Source: Coniocarpon cinnabarinum
Taxonomy: Eukaryota
Reading direction: 5' to 3'
NCBI GenBank assembly: GCA_051942205.1
Contig: JAVECO010000152.1
Location: 1 to 58,305, forward strand
DNA length: 58,305 bases
Shown here: in pieces, positions 22,905 to 34,770 of the stretch
Position numbering within the stretch: position 1 is the stretch's first letter
How the letters are laid out: every line of letters begins with the position of its first letter
Made by a program: the position numbers and the translations under genes
The notes under the pieces: model-generated
The model's database searches: none
Told to the model about the DNA's origin: nothing
The model's input: only the letters and a program-made list of their open reading frames with translations

Positions 22905-23412
22905 CAGTCGATTGCAGGAAGACTGACAATAGTTGGTCCGAGCTTTTTGTGCAACACACACACATCTCCTGAGCTTAACGTTGCTGCTAACGTTGCCGCT
23001 AACGCTACTACTAATATTATTTCTAGTGATATTAAGATAGATAGTCTATACAAGTCTATTACTACTTCTTTTATCTTCTTATACGCTCTTATAGTAATAA
23101 TATAGGCTACAGGTATATATTAATAGAAAGTAGCTTAGATAGAGTAAATATAGGTAGAGTAGATATAAGTAGGGTAAGCTAAAAATAAAATTTTTTCTTA
23201 TAGCACAGAAGTTAGAATACATTACTATAAGTATAAAGAAGAAAGTAGAAGAAGCAGTAATAGGCTTATATAGACTATCTATCTTAATATTACTAGAAAC
23301 AATATTAGCGGCAGCGTTAGCGGCGACGTTAGCGACGAGATCGAGCTTAGGAGATGTGTGTGTTACACAAAAAGCTCGGACCAACCATTGTCAGTCTTCC
23401 TGCAATCGACTG
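22905..23412. mobile_element. Tc1/mariner-type MITE / foldback element, about 190-bp inverted arms, TA TSD
   Basis: TA|CAGTCGATTGCAGGAAGACTGACAAT...ATTGTCAGTCTTCCTGCAATCGACTG|TA. The first 26 bp are perfectly inverted, arms are about 22905-23098 and 23221-23412, and the core is TpA-rich. Confidence 0.9.
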
Positions 23413-23820
23413 TACTCGGCACTTGTGAATCTTCCAGCTCTTGTACCTCGACACCTTTGGGCTGCGTGCTTCAATTCCTATGCTCGTAGAGGAATGTGGC
23501 CGTGGCGTTTGCTCGACTTCAACGAGACCGGTGCTGAGACCCATAAGAATGATAATCTACCCGACCTTGTAGAGTGCACTATCGGAGTGTGATACGGAGT
23601 CGGCCTAAAACCTAACTTTCGGAAGACATGACTGTGCGTATGCAAGAAATCCTAATAGCCGCAAAGGCTACGCAGCTTGGTCATGCAACTCACTTGGCTT
23701 ACACAAGATGCGTGTATTGCATAGGTACCCTCAATCAGTCTTCTTTCAGTATATCTAGCACGCTTTCGTTCCTTGCACTTGGCAGCAGTCCGATGAAGAA
23801 GAAATTAACATTCTAGCAAG

Positions 23821-24621
23821 ATGTCAGAACCCGTTGAGTTTTACACACGTCCGATGACCGCGTCAGATCTTCCAGACCTTGCCACGTTATTCTCCGATGC
23901 TTTCATTGATGACACCTGTATTACTGGCGCATGGTCCGGCAGCCTGGCTAACCCAGAAGTGTATCCAAGATGGCGGGCGTGGAACCTGCACTTGATGAAA
24001 GTACTCTACCATCGACGAGGTGCTTACGGCTGGGCAGTATATTGCAGAAGACGGCACCTGGACAGAGAGAACACGGCAAGCCATCCACACACGTCCGCCA
24101 ACAATGACAAAATGGTAGCTGCTACCTTGTGGATCCGCCACGGCAATTCGAAGACGGCTCAAGCATGGCAGCAATCTCATTCAGATTGGTTCAGTGCATT
24201 GGAGCGACAACTGCTGCGCGTCGAGGGAGAAGTGCTTCCCTTTTTAGGCGAGTACGGTCCAACTTACGACCGTGCGATCGACAACAAATTCGAGCACATA
24301 GTCGTGGCATCCATAGACAAATGGCAACCGCTAATAAACGAGCGCTGGCAGCTTTCAGTGATTGCGGTGGATCAGGCCTATCGCGGACGGGGCCTTGCTA
24401 AAGACTTGCTTGAATGGGGCCTAAAGCACGCAAAGGACGAACACGTCCCAGTCACTTTGTTTGCAACCCCTCTAGGGCGAAAGTTGTACGAAAGACTTGG
24501 CTTCGAAGTCGCCGAATGGCCAAATATGGCTCGAGGCTTTCACGAGGACCCAGAAGCTCTGCCTTTTATGATGTGGACGCACGAATCGTCACAGCGAAAA
24601 AGAGAGAGTGATCGTAAATGA
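23821..24621 (+). CDS. GNAT-family N-acetyltransferase (266 aa)
   Basis: WQLSVIAVDQAYRGRGLAKDLLEWG acetyl-CoA motif A and VTLFATPLGRKLYERLGF motif B. Confidence 0.92.
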   Translation: MSEPVEFYTRPMTASDLPDLATLFSDAFIDDTCITGAWSGSLANPEVYPRWRAWNLHLMKVLYHRRGAYGWAVYCRRRHLDRENTASHPHTSANNDKMVAATLWIRHGNSKTAQAWQQSHSDWFSALERQLLRVEGEVLPFLGEYGPTYDRAIDNKFEHIVVASIDKWQPLINERWQLSVIAVDQAYRGRGLAKDLLEWGLKHAKDEHVPVTLFATPLGRKLYERLGFEVAEWPNMARGFHEDPEALPFMMWTHESSQRKRESDRK

Positions 24622-24859
24622 GCATGTTTGAATTACTGTTCAATTCTGCCAGTGGTCAGCCCAGCCACCCTTGACTTTACTTGAGTTGACGAAGCGTCGG
24701 CCTCCAGCCTCACAAGACTACCTTACTGAGTTAAGCTCTGTCCAACATATCCTACAGCCCTTCCGACGCCTTGCTATCAATCAAAACTGATGGTTCACTC
24801 CATCAACGGGTCTTTGTGACCCTATAAGCACACTGGTCCCTGTCCGCAGACGCTCTTCA

Positions 24860-25439
24860 TCACGGCGCCGGGTTGCGTCGCACGATTTCCTTAATCTTCT
24901 TGTCGTAAGCCTCTCGATCCTTCTTAAACAAAGTGTAAGCCTCGCCTTGGGCTGGTGACTCGGGATTGGGTTCATCAAGGAGGCTCTGAATGCCTAACAG
25001 AATGTCCTTGATGGTGATAGCTGGTTTCCACCCCTCATCCTCGTTCAAGATGGACAGACAGACAGTTCCGGATGGGTAGACGTTTGGATGAAAGAGGGGC
25101 GGGGTGAATTTGCATTTTGGGGGTTTGGTAGGGTACTCTGCAGCGCGCATTAATATTTGCAGTAATTATTGGTGGCTTTAGGTGTTCGCACCGTCTGGAA
25201 AGGTGACTGTCAACTTAAAGAGACCGCCATCCCAAATAGTTTTCTCCTTCCCTGGCACACCACACTCCCAAGATTTCAAGTCGAGGATACCTTGCGCATT
25301 CTTGACAGGCTTCGCGAAGAAGCCAAATGGATGATCCTTGCGCCACTGCTTCCTGTTCAATGATGAGCGCAGTGTATCTACCGGAAGTCGCAAAGACTAC
25401 TCACCTCTCCTCTTGCAAACGATTCTGGCAGAGTGACAT
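24860..25439 (-). CDS. UBC9: SUMO-conjugating enzyme Ubc9, 3 exons
   Basis: [23 protein letters not shown]...[29 protein letters not shown] (catalytic Cys). Two GT-AG introns. Confidence 0.97.
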
Positions 25440-25884
25440 GTTTCGCGAGTGTGGTACTGTAGTCCAAGATGGGGCTCGGCAAGGTTGCTGCGCGGCAGAA
25501 TATTGAGGGCTTAGTTGAGGTCTGCAGACAAGCTGTCGAGAAGCAAAAGGAACGATGCGCGAGGAGTTGGAAACTGAGTGATCTTTGACCGAGTGCACGA
25601 GGCAACTGGCGGAGGTCTCCTCAGCGTAAGGTTGTACAATGATCCACGCACCCACGCTGAGGGTGCCACGCGGGCAGAAGGTGTCCGTGCGTATCGATAA
25701 AACATTCTTAGCTTTACCCGATTCTGCTTAGGTCGGCCGAGGTCATTCCTATTCTGTCCTCGCTGCAGCAGAAGGGCTCTCGATATGTCAATCTTTCGCG
25801 CACAGCTCGCGTAGAACAGTCCTTTCAGTGCCTGAAAAAGATTATCAAAACACTGGCTTTCTCACCTGACTTGTTCCTATAGGC

Positions 25885-27021
25885 ATGGCGGAACAAAAGC
25901 ATACTGGGCAAAATGCATCCTCGCTGCAGGAAGCTCCAGACCCCGACGAGGATGACCTGGATGACTTAGATGGTACGCTGCTTGAGCTCGCCGCATACCG
26001 ACTTGTGTGAAAATATATCATTTACGTTTACGTATGTAGAAATGCTAGATGAATTTTCCTCGACCAAAATATCTCAGCCTTCAGAAGCAGCAACCCAACC
26101 GCCGAGCTCATCTGAGAACGCGGCGCGGGCTAACCAAGGAAATCGGGAGATGCCAGACTCTAGCAAAGACAATGAGTTCCAAAAGCAATTGGAAGAAGGC
26201 ATGGCGGAGATGATGCGAGAGCTAGAATCAAATCCAGATATGGCGAAGGAGTTCGAGCAGTTAATGATGGGTCAATTCGACTCATCGAGCAAGGTCCCCA
26301 GCCAAGATGACCAAGGCCAAGTTTCAAGGGGGACAGATGGCACTCTGGAAAGTTCTGACAGATCCTCTGAGGCTCCCAAAGGAGCCTCAGACTCAAGTAC
26401 CGCTAGCAAGGCTCAGGCCGGTCCACCACCCTCTTTCCAAGACACTATACGCCAGACTATGGATCGCATGCGGGACTCAAATGCCTCAGCATCAGCGGCA
26501 AGCAATGCGCCAGACCAGAGCTCTGATGATTTCATGGCCGCCATGCTCAATGAGATCGCTCAGTCGCAAGGTGGAGGTAACGGCAATCCTGAAGACGCTT
26601 TCAGTAACATGCTGCTGGGCATGATGGAGCAGCTTACGAACAAGGAGATCCTATACGAGCCAATGAAAGAATTGTCCGCCAAATTTCCAGAATGGCTCCA
26701 AGAGCGAGAACCTGGTGGGTCTAAGGCGGGTTCAATCACCGACGAGGAGAAAAGGAAATACCAAGAACAGTCAAGTCTTGTTCATGAGATTGTCACGCGC
26801 TTTGAAAAGCCTGGATATAGTGACGAAGACACAGAAGATCGGGAGTTCATTGTGGAGCGGATGCAGAAAATGCAAGCCGTTGGAGCACCTCCCTCAGATC
26901 TCGTGGGTGATATGGGAGGTGCAGCCGAGATGCTGGTGAGTTCTGGATTCGTCCTGGTAAGTGTGCGCGTAACTAATTTTATGGCCAGGGTGGACTTGAT
27001 TCACAGTGCCCACAGCAATAA
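25885..27021 (+). CDS. PEX19: Peroxisomal membrane protein import receptor Pex19, 3 exons
   Basis: APDPDEDDLDDLD|EMLDEF, MMEQLTNKEILYEPMKEL and MQKMQAVGAPPSDLVG. The spliced C-terminus ends in the CaaX box CPQQ*. Confidence 0.95.
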
Positions 27022-28826
27022 TCGCCGTCTCACCTGGCTTTATTCCTAAGCGGCAAGCCGCCCAGGCGAAGGACTACTATCTGAGCGGCCGTGGCTGCCA
27101 TTGCGGATGCCCATTTGTGGAATAACTGTAAAGTATCGCATTGAAGATTGTGCTCGGTCTTTGACATCAAGTTATCAGTCACTTCAAGTGATGAGCACTC
27201 ATGAAGAGTTCCAACAATACATCCCCGACAGACAACAGCAGAGCGCGTTCCCCACAATCAATTCAGTATGAACTTGCTTTAACGTGGTTTCTTCACTGAA
27301 CAGGAGGCTGCACTGGCTGTGTGCTTTTTCAAAACGTCTAGTCGCCTATCCAGGCACGCCGGATCAGCCAGTCAGCCAATCGAGACACACGGTGTGTAGG
27401 ACATATTGACAAACAAAAAAATGTGCTAACACAAAAGCAATAGATGTCCAGCAAGGATGAAAGTGGATGCCAGGGACGGTGCTTGGCTCACCGGAACTGA
27501 CGATAACTTAGGAGAAGAGGGGGCAGGCACATCAACTTGTCCTTTTGCAGCAATATGTTTTCAGGCTCTACAGACACTACGATCGAAGAAATGGGCAGAT
27601 TTGAATATTGTCGATGGCGCTCTTTGTTCACTATGTTAAGAGTCCACCTAAGGCAAGCTTTGAAGGCATAATTGTCCACATGGCCAGACCATCTGGCATC
27701 TCGAGGACCATGGTCAGAGCAATGTCTGGGCGAAACAAAAATGACACACTTTCTTCTTCGCTACAGTCTCACTAGCCAACCTTCTAGTGACGGTCGAGAA
27801 GCCTATTGTAAGACGAAGCACCTACGTGTCTCTGGATCGAGTTGATGAGCTTACCTACATAGCGAGTGAAGTCACGTGGGACCTTAGCGTCACCCGACGT
27901 GCCGCCCACTACCCAGGATTCTTTCGCGTCACATCAGTGGACAGGTGTCAATTGCTATAACCCAAAATGCCAGAGCCATCATTTGTCCCCGCTCAGGCGG
28001 TCAGCTTAGGCGGTCAGCTCTGTCGACCGCCTGCCATAGACACCAAGCTTCAGCGTGCGGCAATGTTTTAGAAGCTGCTACCATGGTTCGAATCCATTGT
28101 CAAAGTGTCGATGCCGTCCGTCTCTTGTTGCTTCCACGGCTTCCCTCAAGCAGCACTAGTGGACACTGCCAAACTCAAAGTTGCGAAAGAAAAGGGAAGA
28201 AGCAGGAGCAGCTCCTTCGCTGGTTACGTCTTGCAGTGGCAAACTTGCAAATACTTGGGCAACAACTTTATATGATTAATAAGTATCTCACAAGATTTCC
28301 CTGCGATGCAAATACGTAGCTATAGCCGGCGTCGGCAAGTTGTAATATGACATCTTGCATAACGTCGTAGTTGCGTGGCAGGAGTCACATGCGCTAGATT
28401 CAGTCTCATACAGCCGCGCAAACATTGGACGGTGCGTAGGTGGACCACGAAGACCAGCATTAGTAGCGACACTATGGAGAGCGCTCAACTCAACAATGCT
28501 AATATTCGCAAGGAATTCAAGCTCGCCCGTATCTACTAGAATTACACCCGTGATATCAGCTTTGGGAACCGGCCTCGTGGTATCCTGTCGTGCACGCGAA
28601 TCGCGTGTATACCCTAAACAGCGGCCAATACCACAATCGCCTCGAAGTCCAAGCCGCGCTCCAAACTTTATTTGTGTAACTTGTTGTTTCTAGGCGAGAC
28701 GTCTCAGCAGGACTACTGGATAGATCTAGCCTGCAAGTCAGCGTTCTACGTGGCCTTCTAAGCAGGACCGTTTAAGTACGCTGGGTTTGACGCAAGGAAG
28801 ATGTCGCAAGAATCACGACATCAGCA

Positions 28827-29805
28827 ATGGCTCCAATTCCTTCGACGGAGGAGCGCAAAAAGAAAGTCCAGGAAGTCCTTGAAGAATTGAAAAAGGATAC
28901 GGAGGGACGCACCGGTGACCCTGCTACTGATGAGCATTACAAATTGACCCTTTGGAAGAAGCATCGTATCAATGCTCATCTCGTTCCTGCGTATGGAACG
29001 GCAGCAATGTGGACCGACCAGCAGCAGGTTAGTAGCGCAGTCCTCGTCACATCATCCACCGTCGGCTTGGTCACAGCTCTGTCACCGGCGTCCTATCCTC
29101 GTCCACTTCACTGTTTCCATGTAGTTGCAAGATTGGCGACGTTGACTCTAATCTTCCGCAGCTGCTGTCGGCAGATCTAAGAAACATGGAAAGGGCTTTG
29201 GATCATGAAGAACTCAATGTCACCCCTGCTTTCGTTGTGGCTATCTGTACATCGGTAAGTTCCCCACTAGTCCGGGATGAGACAGAGCACTTGTTCCAAA
29301 CTTCTCCGATATAGGAACAGTCAGTTCCTGCCAACCGGGCCCCCTCAAAGTCTTGGTCACGCTTCTCTAAATCCTGATAGCTCAAACCAGCTCTGGAAAT
29401 AGGAAATGAAAACGAATTCAACATAGTAAGTAGACCAATGCCATTTGATCCGTGTTTTTGAATGGTACTCAATAACATGTCACACAGAACAAGGAAGAAA
29501 TGAAGAGAGCATTTCGAAAAAAGGATGAGAGGGACGACTTCATTGCCAGTGTCTTAGGAGACAGGGACAAAGATGGAAATACAAAGAATTACACCAAGGG
29601 CGATGCCCTCAATGCCATCAAAGACCTTAGGGCGTGCAACAACAGAAATAAGCATTATCACTGGCTTCATATTGAGGAAATGCTCGGTATCAAACATGGG
29701 GAAGACGAGCCACACCAATCGGCAGGTGGTGCTGAAAGCGGAGACGAGTCTGGCAAGGAGGCTGGCGACGAACCGAGCAAAGGTAAGGACAAAGCCAAGT
29801 CCTGA
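28827..29805 (+). CDS. Orphan protein, 4 exons (28827-29027, 29162-29254, 29381-29425, 29488-29805), about 218 aa
   Basis: Three phase-0 GT-AG introns give a continuous, stop-free reading frame linking ORFs 28827..29180 and 29500..29805. Confidence 0.7.
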
Positions 29806-30030
29806 GTGCAGATGCCGGACTTGTTTTCGTAGAGGAAAATGTGCATGAGAGATCTTGGTGTGTCTTCAAATCTCAATGTGTCGCAGCCGCGATGGCCTCG
29901 CCGCGTTGTCTAATTTCCGCAAGCGGTAATACCTGCTATACGAGATCTGAGAAACCGCACTAATGCCCTGATGATGCGTATGGCAGTCGGGCCATAAGAA
30001 CTGTACGACACAGACTTTTTTCTCGAGTAA

Positions 30031-31918
30031 ATGTCAACGTTGAGTCGTTGCGCTCGCCAGACTCATATCCGTTATTTGTCATGCACCTCTTATGATAATG
30101 CAGGTCTGGGGATTCCGTTCCTCAGGCGAGTCCGCACATATGCTTCAGACGTAGCACGATCACAACAACGTCAACCCTTTCTGAAGCCCAAGGGGCAGCA
30201 GAGGGGTGATCGAAATTCCCATGCTCTTTCAGATTCCTACAGTCATGCACCGCGGCGACGTCGTCCATATCTTAGAGTGTTAAGCGGTCTCGTTATCCTG
30301 GGAGCTGGTTTTGCGTATTTCACGGATACTGGCCGCAACGCCTACAATGGCTTGGAGAGGACAGCAAGAGTGACCAGTACACTTTCCCGATGTGTTGTTG
30401 AGTATGTCAGACACTGCCATTCGATGCGAACTCTGGTCGTTAACTTCTGACAGCTACTGGCGCACACTCGATCAACGCGAGAAACTCGAACCGGCTGACT
30501 ACGATGCTCTGCTCAAGGCATGCCACAAACGCTGCGCCGAGCGCACACTGGTGGCCATGGAGCGCAATGGTTCCATATTCATCAAGCTTGGCCAGCATCT
30601 GTGTTCATTGAACTATCTTTTGCCTTCCGAGTGGTGCAACACTTTTATTCCGTTGCAGGATCAGTGCCCGGTCACACCTTACTCTGAAATTCGCGCTCTA
30701 ATCGAGCACGACACTGGTCAGCCGATATCAGAAGTCTTTGTTGAGTTTGAAGAAGAGCCGCTGGGTGCCGCCAGCCTAGCTCAGGTGCATCGCGCCGTGG
30801 ACAAACAATCTGGAGAGAAAGTCGCGGTCAAGATCCAACACCCTGTGCTTGACCATTGGGCTCCTTTGGACCTCGCGCTCACAGCTTCTACTTTTGCACT
30901 CATCAAATGGATCTTTCCCAACTATGACCTCACTTGGCTATCAGACGAAATGCAAGTCTCGCTTCCTCAAGAATTGGACTTTGATCGGGAGGGCCAAAAT
31001 GCAATGGTCGCACGAGAGTATTTTTCGAAATTGCCATCATTTCCTTTAGTGATACCCAATGTTCTGTGGACACGTCGACGAATACTCGTGATGGAGTATG
31101 TGACCGGAGCGCGACCTGATGACCTACAATTTCTAGATTCCCATCATATCTCTCGAGACGAAGTAGCCGCAACGCTTGCTCGGATCTTCAATACAATGAT
31201 ATTTGGGAAGGACGCACCACTGCATTGTGACCCACATGGTGGCAACATCGCCATACGTACTGCAGCCCACCGTAGAGGTGCTCATAACTTCGATATCATC
31301 ATGTACGACCATGGTCTGTATCGCACCATACCTCAATCCTTACAGAGAGATTACGCGCACTTGTGGCTTGCAGTGCTCGACGCAGACGAAGATCGCATGC
31401 GAAAGTATGCCAAAGCGACCGCACAGATCTCGGACGAAGATTTTCCATTGTTTGCATCAGCCATAACTGGACGAGACTATCGTGCTATCACCTCGAAGGA
31501 AGGCGGAGTGTCGGCAAGTGCTCGAACGAAGGAAGAAGAACAGGCCATCAGTGACGCGCTCGGTGAAGGTATGCTGGAGCAGCTGATAGGGCTTTTGGGG
31601 AAGGTGCCTAGGGTCATTCTTCTGATTCTAAAGACGAACGACTTAACGCGGAGTCTGGACTACAATCTTCAGACCACACAAGGGCCTGCTCGAAGCTTTC
31701 TCATATTGGCTAGGTATGCAGCACAGGCTGTTTGGGAGGAGCAGCTGGACGCGCTACGAGAGCACGGGACTATGCTGCGGCCAAGAAATGCAGGAAGGCT
31801 AGCGATTGAATGGGTGAAGTTCACCCAGATCAGGTTGAAGCTAAGAGTGTACGAAATGTACTTGTACGTTCGTGGCAAGCTGGGCATGAGATACGAGATA
31901 CCAGGGCCAAGTGTGTAA
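30031..31918 (+). CDS. ABC1/ADCK atypical kinase (ADCK1/Mcp2-like), 2 exons (intron 30402-30453)
   Basis: IFIKLGQH, PLGAASLAQVHRA, VAVKIQHP, ELDFDREG, LHCDPHGGNI and YDHGLY, plus a mitochondrial-type N-terminus. Confidence 0.93.
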
Positions 31919-32209
31919 TATAGCCTCAGACCATATATGAGTTATATATTCCGGCATATGAAAGCATAGATCGCTTGAGATACATTCAGAGGTGCTTCGC
32001 CAATTCAACAATGAGTTTTGGAGTGGGCAGAGGCGAGGCGGCAACAACATTTGCTTTTTCGTGTGACGCTCGAGCTCCCTCGATTCTTAAGCTCATAAGC
32101 TCGTTCCTGGGACTGCCCACGAGCTTTTGCAGGCCTCCGTAACAACAATGCGTGTTGCGCAATCGATGCAGTATCTTCGATGAACTTTCACAATGTTACG
32201 TGACAGTCC

Positions 32210-34324
32210 ATGTCAAATATCTGTGCGAGATGGCCAAGCCCACAGGCCTCGACAGCTTCGCTGCTACCAACACGCCTTCCCCACAGCTCTATCAGACGGC
32301 GGCGGCAGTTCGTGAATTCTGACTCAGGTCGCAAGAATCAGAAGCGGTCTTTCTACAATGAATCTTATGATTCATGGTCGTGCCAGGCGAGATCTCAGGA
32401 TGCGGATGGCCTCCGCCAGGATTTTGCGGCCGCACTGTTGGAGGCGAGTCGGTGCTGGTATCATAAACAACGTCCTTTCTTGATAGCACAACCCTTTGAC
32501 GATGATCGGTACAAGTTGGACACCTCTCGTAGAAGCAAGCTTTCTACACACACGAGACAATTCTCTACCGTTCTGCCTGGTTCGGACGTCCCCCAGCAAG
32601 ATCAAAACAATGTCACCCGTGAAGAGCTCAGGAATCTCATGGATTACTACAAGTCTGAATTACAGGAGGAGCCGGTTACGACCACGGGACGCCCAGTGGA
32701 GCAAGATGTCAGTCTGGTTCAATACAGGAAAGAGAATGAAGAGGAAGAACGTGAAATCCAGCGAACCATCGAGCATCTCGAACGTCTTCTCCGTGATCCA
32801 GCCACGGCTCCGGATCTGCTTGCCGACATTTACAACGACATACCATCACCAGGCGCATCACGGCTGTCACAGCGAACGCTCGACATGCTGTTGCATCGGT
32901 TCGCCCGCGTTCCTTACAAGTCTCAGTCATCCATGCTGCGCTATCTGCACCTGATCACGGACATGCGCTCCGCAGGTCGACACATCAAAGTCTCCGCCTG
33001 GACGACTGCAATCGCATTCGCCGGCCGCTGCGTCAAGCGCATCACCGCCTCAGAAATCGAGTCAGCCCTCTCACTCTGGAAACAGATGGAAAGCCAAGCG
33101 GGCATCAAAGCCAATGAAGTCACATTCAATGTCCTCTTCGATGTCGCGTCCAAAGCAGGCAAGTTCGTGCTTGCGGAGATGCTCCTTCGAGAGATGCAAG
33201 CCCGAGGCCATCGGTTCAATAGATACATGCGCGTCAATCTGATGTACTATTACGGACTCAAAGGGGACGGCTCGGGCGTTCGACGCGCCTATCGAGAGCT
33301 CGTTGAGAGCGGTGAGATTGTCGATACGGCGGTTATGTCCTGTGCGGTGGCGTCTTTGCTCAAGGCTGGGGAGCCTGTCGCTGCAGAACAGGTCTTTGAG
33401 CGAGCGAAGCGGCTGCATGCGGATAAGGGCGGGACGCTGACACTACCGCCGCATAATTGGCAAGAACGCAAAGATCTGGGACGCAGTCTTATGAAGGCTG
33501 CTATTCGGCTTCGGGACGCCACGCCTGAAGAGCGGAAGAAGGTGCAGGACGTCACGCCCCTGGCACCCGGTGTACATGCGTACAAAGTGCTTGTGTATTA
33601 TTACGCGGTTACGGCCGGCGATATCGAGAAAGTGAGTACGCTCGTGGACGAGATGTCTTGGTATCAGATCCCAGTCCAGGGCGCCATCTTCCTATACCTG
33701 TTCAAGGGCTTCGCAATCCATGGCGGGCTGTTATATTCGGGATGGACGCGATCAAAGCTTGAAGCTACGTTTCAAGCGTTTCTCGATGCCGTTGAAGAAG
33801 CTGGCGGACCTGAGATGAATACGTCCACAGCTTCGACGGAGGCAGATCCTCAAGCCACGACATCGGCCAACCACACGAATGACAATGTTCCACGCCACGT
33901 CCGAGACCATCCAGCCTCATCAGATCCACTAGACCCCAGTACACTCTCCAACACAATCTGCTCACCCTCGCCCTCACCAGTCCCCAATCCCACCTCACCT
34001 TCACCTTCAACCTCAACGTCCCCCTCACACCGCTCAGGAATCTCCTTCACAACCAACACCATCCCACCGCAGCAGCATCCCTCAGATATAACGCACATCT
34101 CCAGAGCAGCCTGCTATTTGTGTCTCTCGGCCTACATGCGCGTCGTCGACGCCGCGCGCGCTACAGAAGTCTGGACGCAGCTGCAGTTGCTGTGGACGCC
34201 GGACGCGAATGATAGAGAGGCGGTGGAGATGTATCTCGTGGAACTGCAAGGACGTCGGGAGCGGTGGGATCGCTTTGGATTGAGATTGGGGAGCGCGAGG
34301 ACTATGCGGCGGTGGCTGGGATGA
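32210..34324 (+). CDS. Pentatricopeptide repeat (PPR) protein, probably mitochondrial
   Basis: 35-aa helical repeats such as ANEVTFNVLFDVASKAGKFVLAEMLLREMQARG and VDTAVMSCAVASLLKAGEPVAAEQVFERAK. Start codon uncertain. Confidence 0.88.
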   Translation: MSNICARWPSPQASTASLLPTRLPHSSIRRRRQFVNSDSGRKNQKRSFYNESYDSWSCQARSQDADGLRQDFAAALLEASRCWYHKQRPFLIAQPFDDDRYKLDTSRRSKLSTHTRQFSTVLPGSDVPQQDQNNVTREELRNLMDYYKSELQEEPVTTTGRPVEQDVSLVQYRKENEEEEREIQRTIEHLERLLRDPATAPDLLADIYNDIPSPGASRLSQRTLDMLLHRFARVPYKSQSSMLRYLHLITDMRSAGRHIKVSAWTTAIAFAGRCVKRITASEIESALSLWKQMESQAGIKANEVTFNVLFDVASKAGKFVLAEMLLREMQARGHRFNRYMRVNLMYYYGLKGDGSGVRRAYRELVESGEIVDTAVMSCAVASLLKAGEPVAAEQVFERAKRLHADKGGTLTLPPHNWQERKDLGRSLMKAAIRLRDATPEERKKVQDVTPLAPGVHAYKVLVYYYAVTAGDIEKVSTLVDEMSWYQIPVQGAIFLYLFKGFAIHGGLLYSGWTRSKLEATFQAFLDAVEEAGGPEMNTSTASTEADPQATTSANHTNDNVPRHVRDHPASSDPLDPSTLSNTICSPSPSPVPNPTSPSPSTSTSPSHRSGISFTTNTIPPQQHPSDITHISRAACYLCLSAYMRVVDAARATEVWTQLQLLWTPDANDREAVEMYLVELQGRRERWDRFGLRLGSARTMRRWLG

Positions 34325-34770
34325 TCTCGAGGCGTTGATCCGTGCTGTCGGAAGTGCTGGACGCACTTTTGGGGGTGGGTCATGTGTCAATGCATAGAAT
34401 AGAATCGATTAGATCTTCCAGACTGTCTTAATGGGGCATTGTTTCCCATCGTTGGCCAATGCCGGATGTGTGCTTAGTGTTGTGGAATGCATGAACATGT
34501 GTATTCGTCTCGGCGTGGACGAGACATTGACGTCGCTGAACGACAATGACTGGGATCCAGATGGCTGGGACACAAGAAGCTTCATGGCATCGGTTTGGAA
34601 ATGACGTTCTGTATAAGTAACGCATACGATTCCTTCTAAACCCAACCCCAAACAGAAATCCAATGCCAGACCCAAGGCACACCCAAGCCAAAACGATCCC
34701 AAGCACAAAATAGAGTCCCCCGCAATCAAGCATATCACGTCACGTCGTCGTCGTCGTCAACCATCGTCCA

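Noticed and set aside
22881..23384. Two similar opposite-strand ORFs as paralogous genes
   Set aside because: They are mirror translations of the MITE's inverted arms.
27984..28105. Intact tRNA gene
   Set aside because: A T-loop motif is present but the acceptor and anticodon stems do not pair. Kept only as a weak finding.
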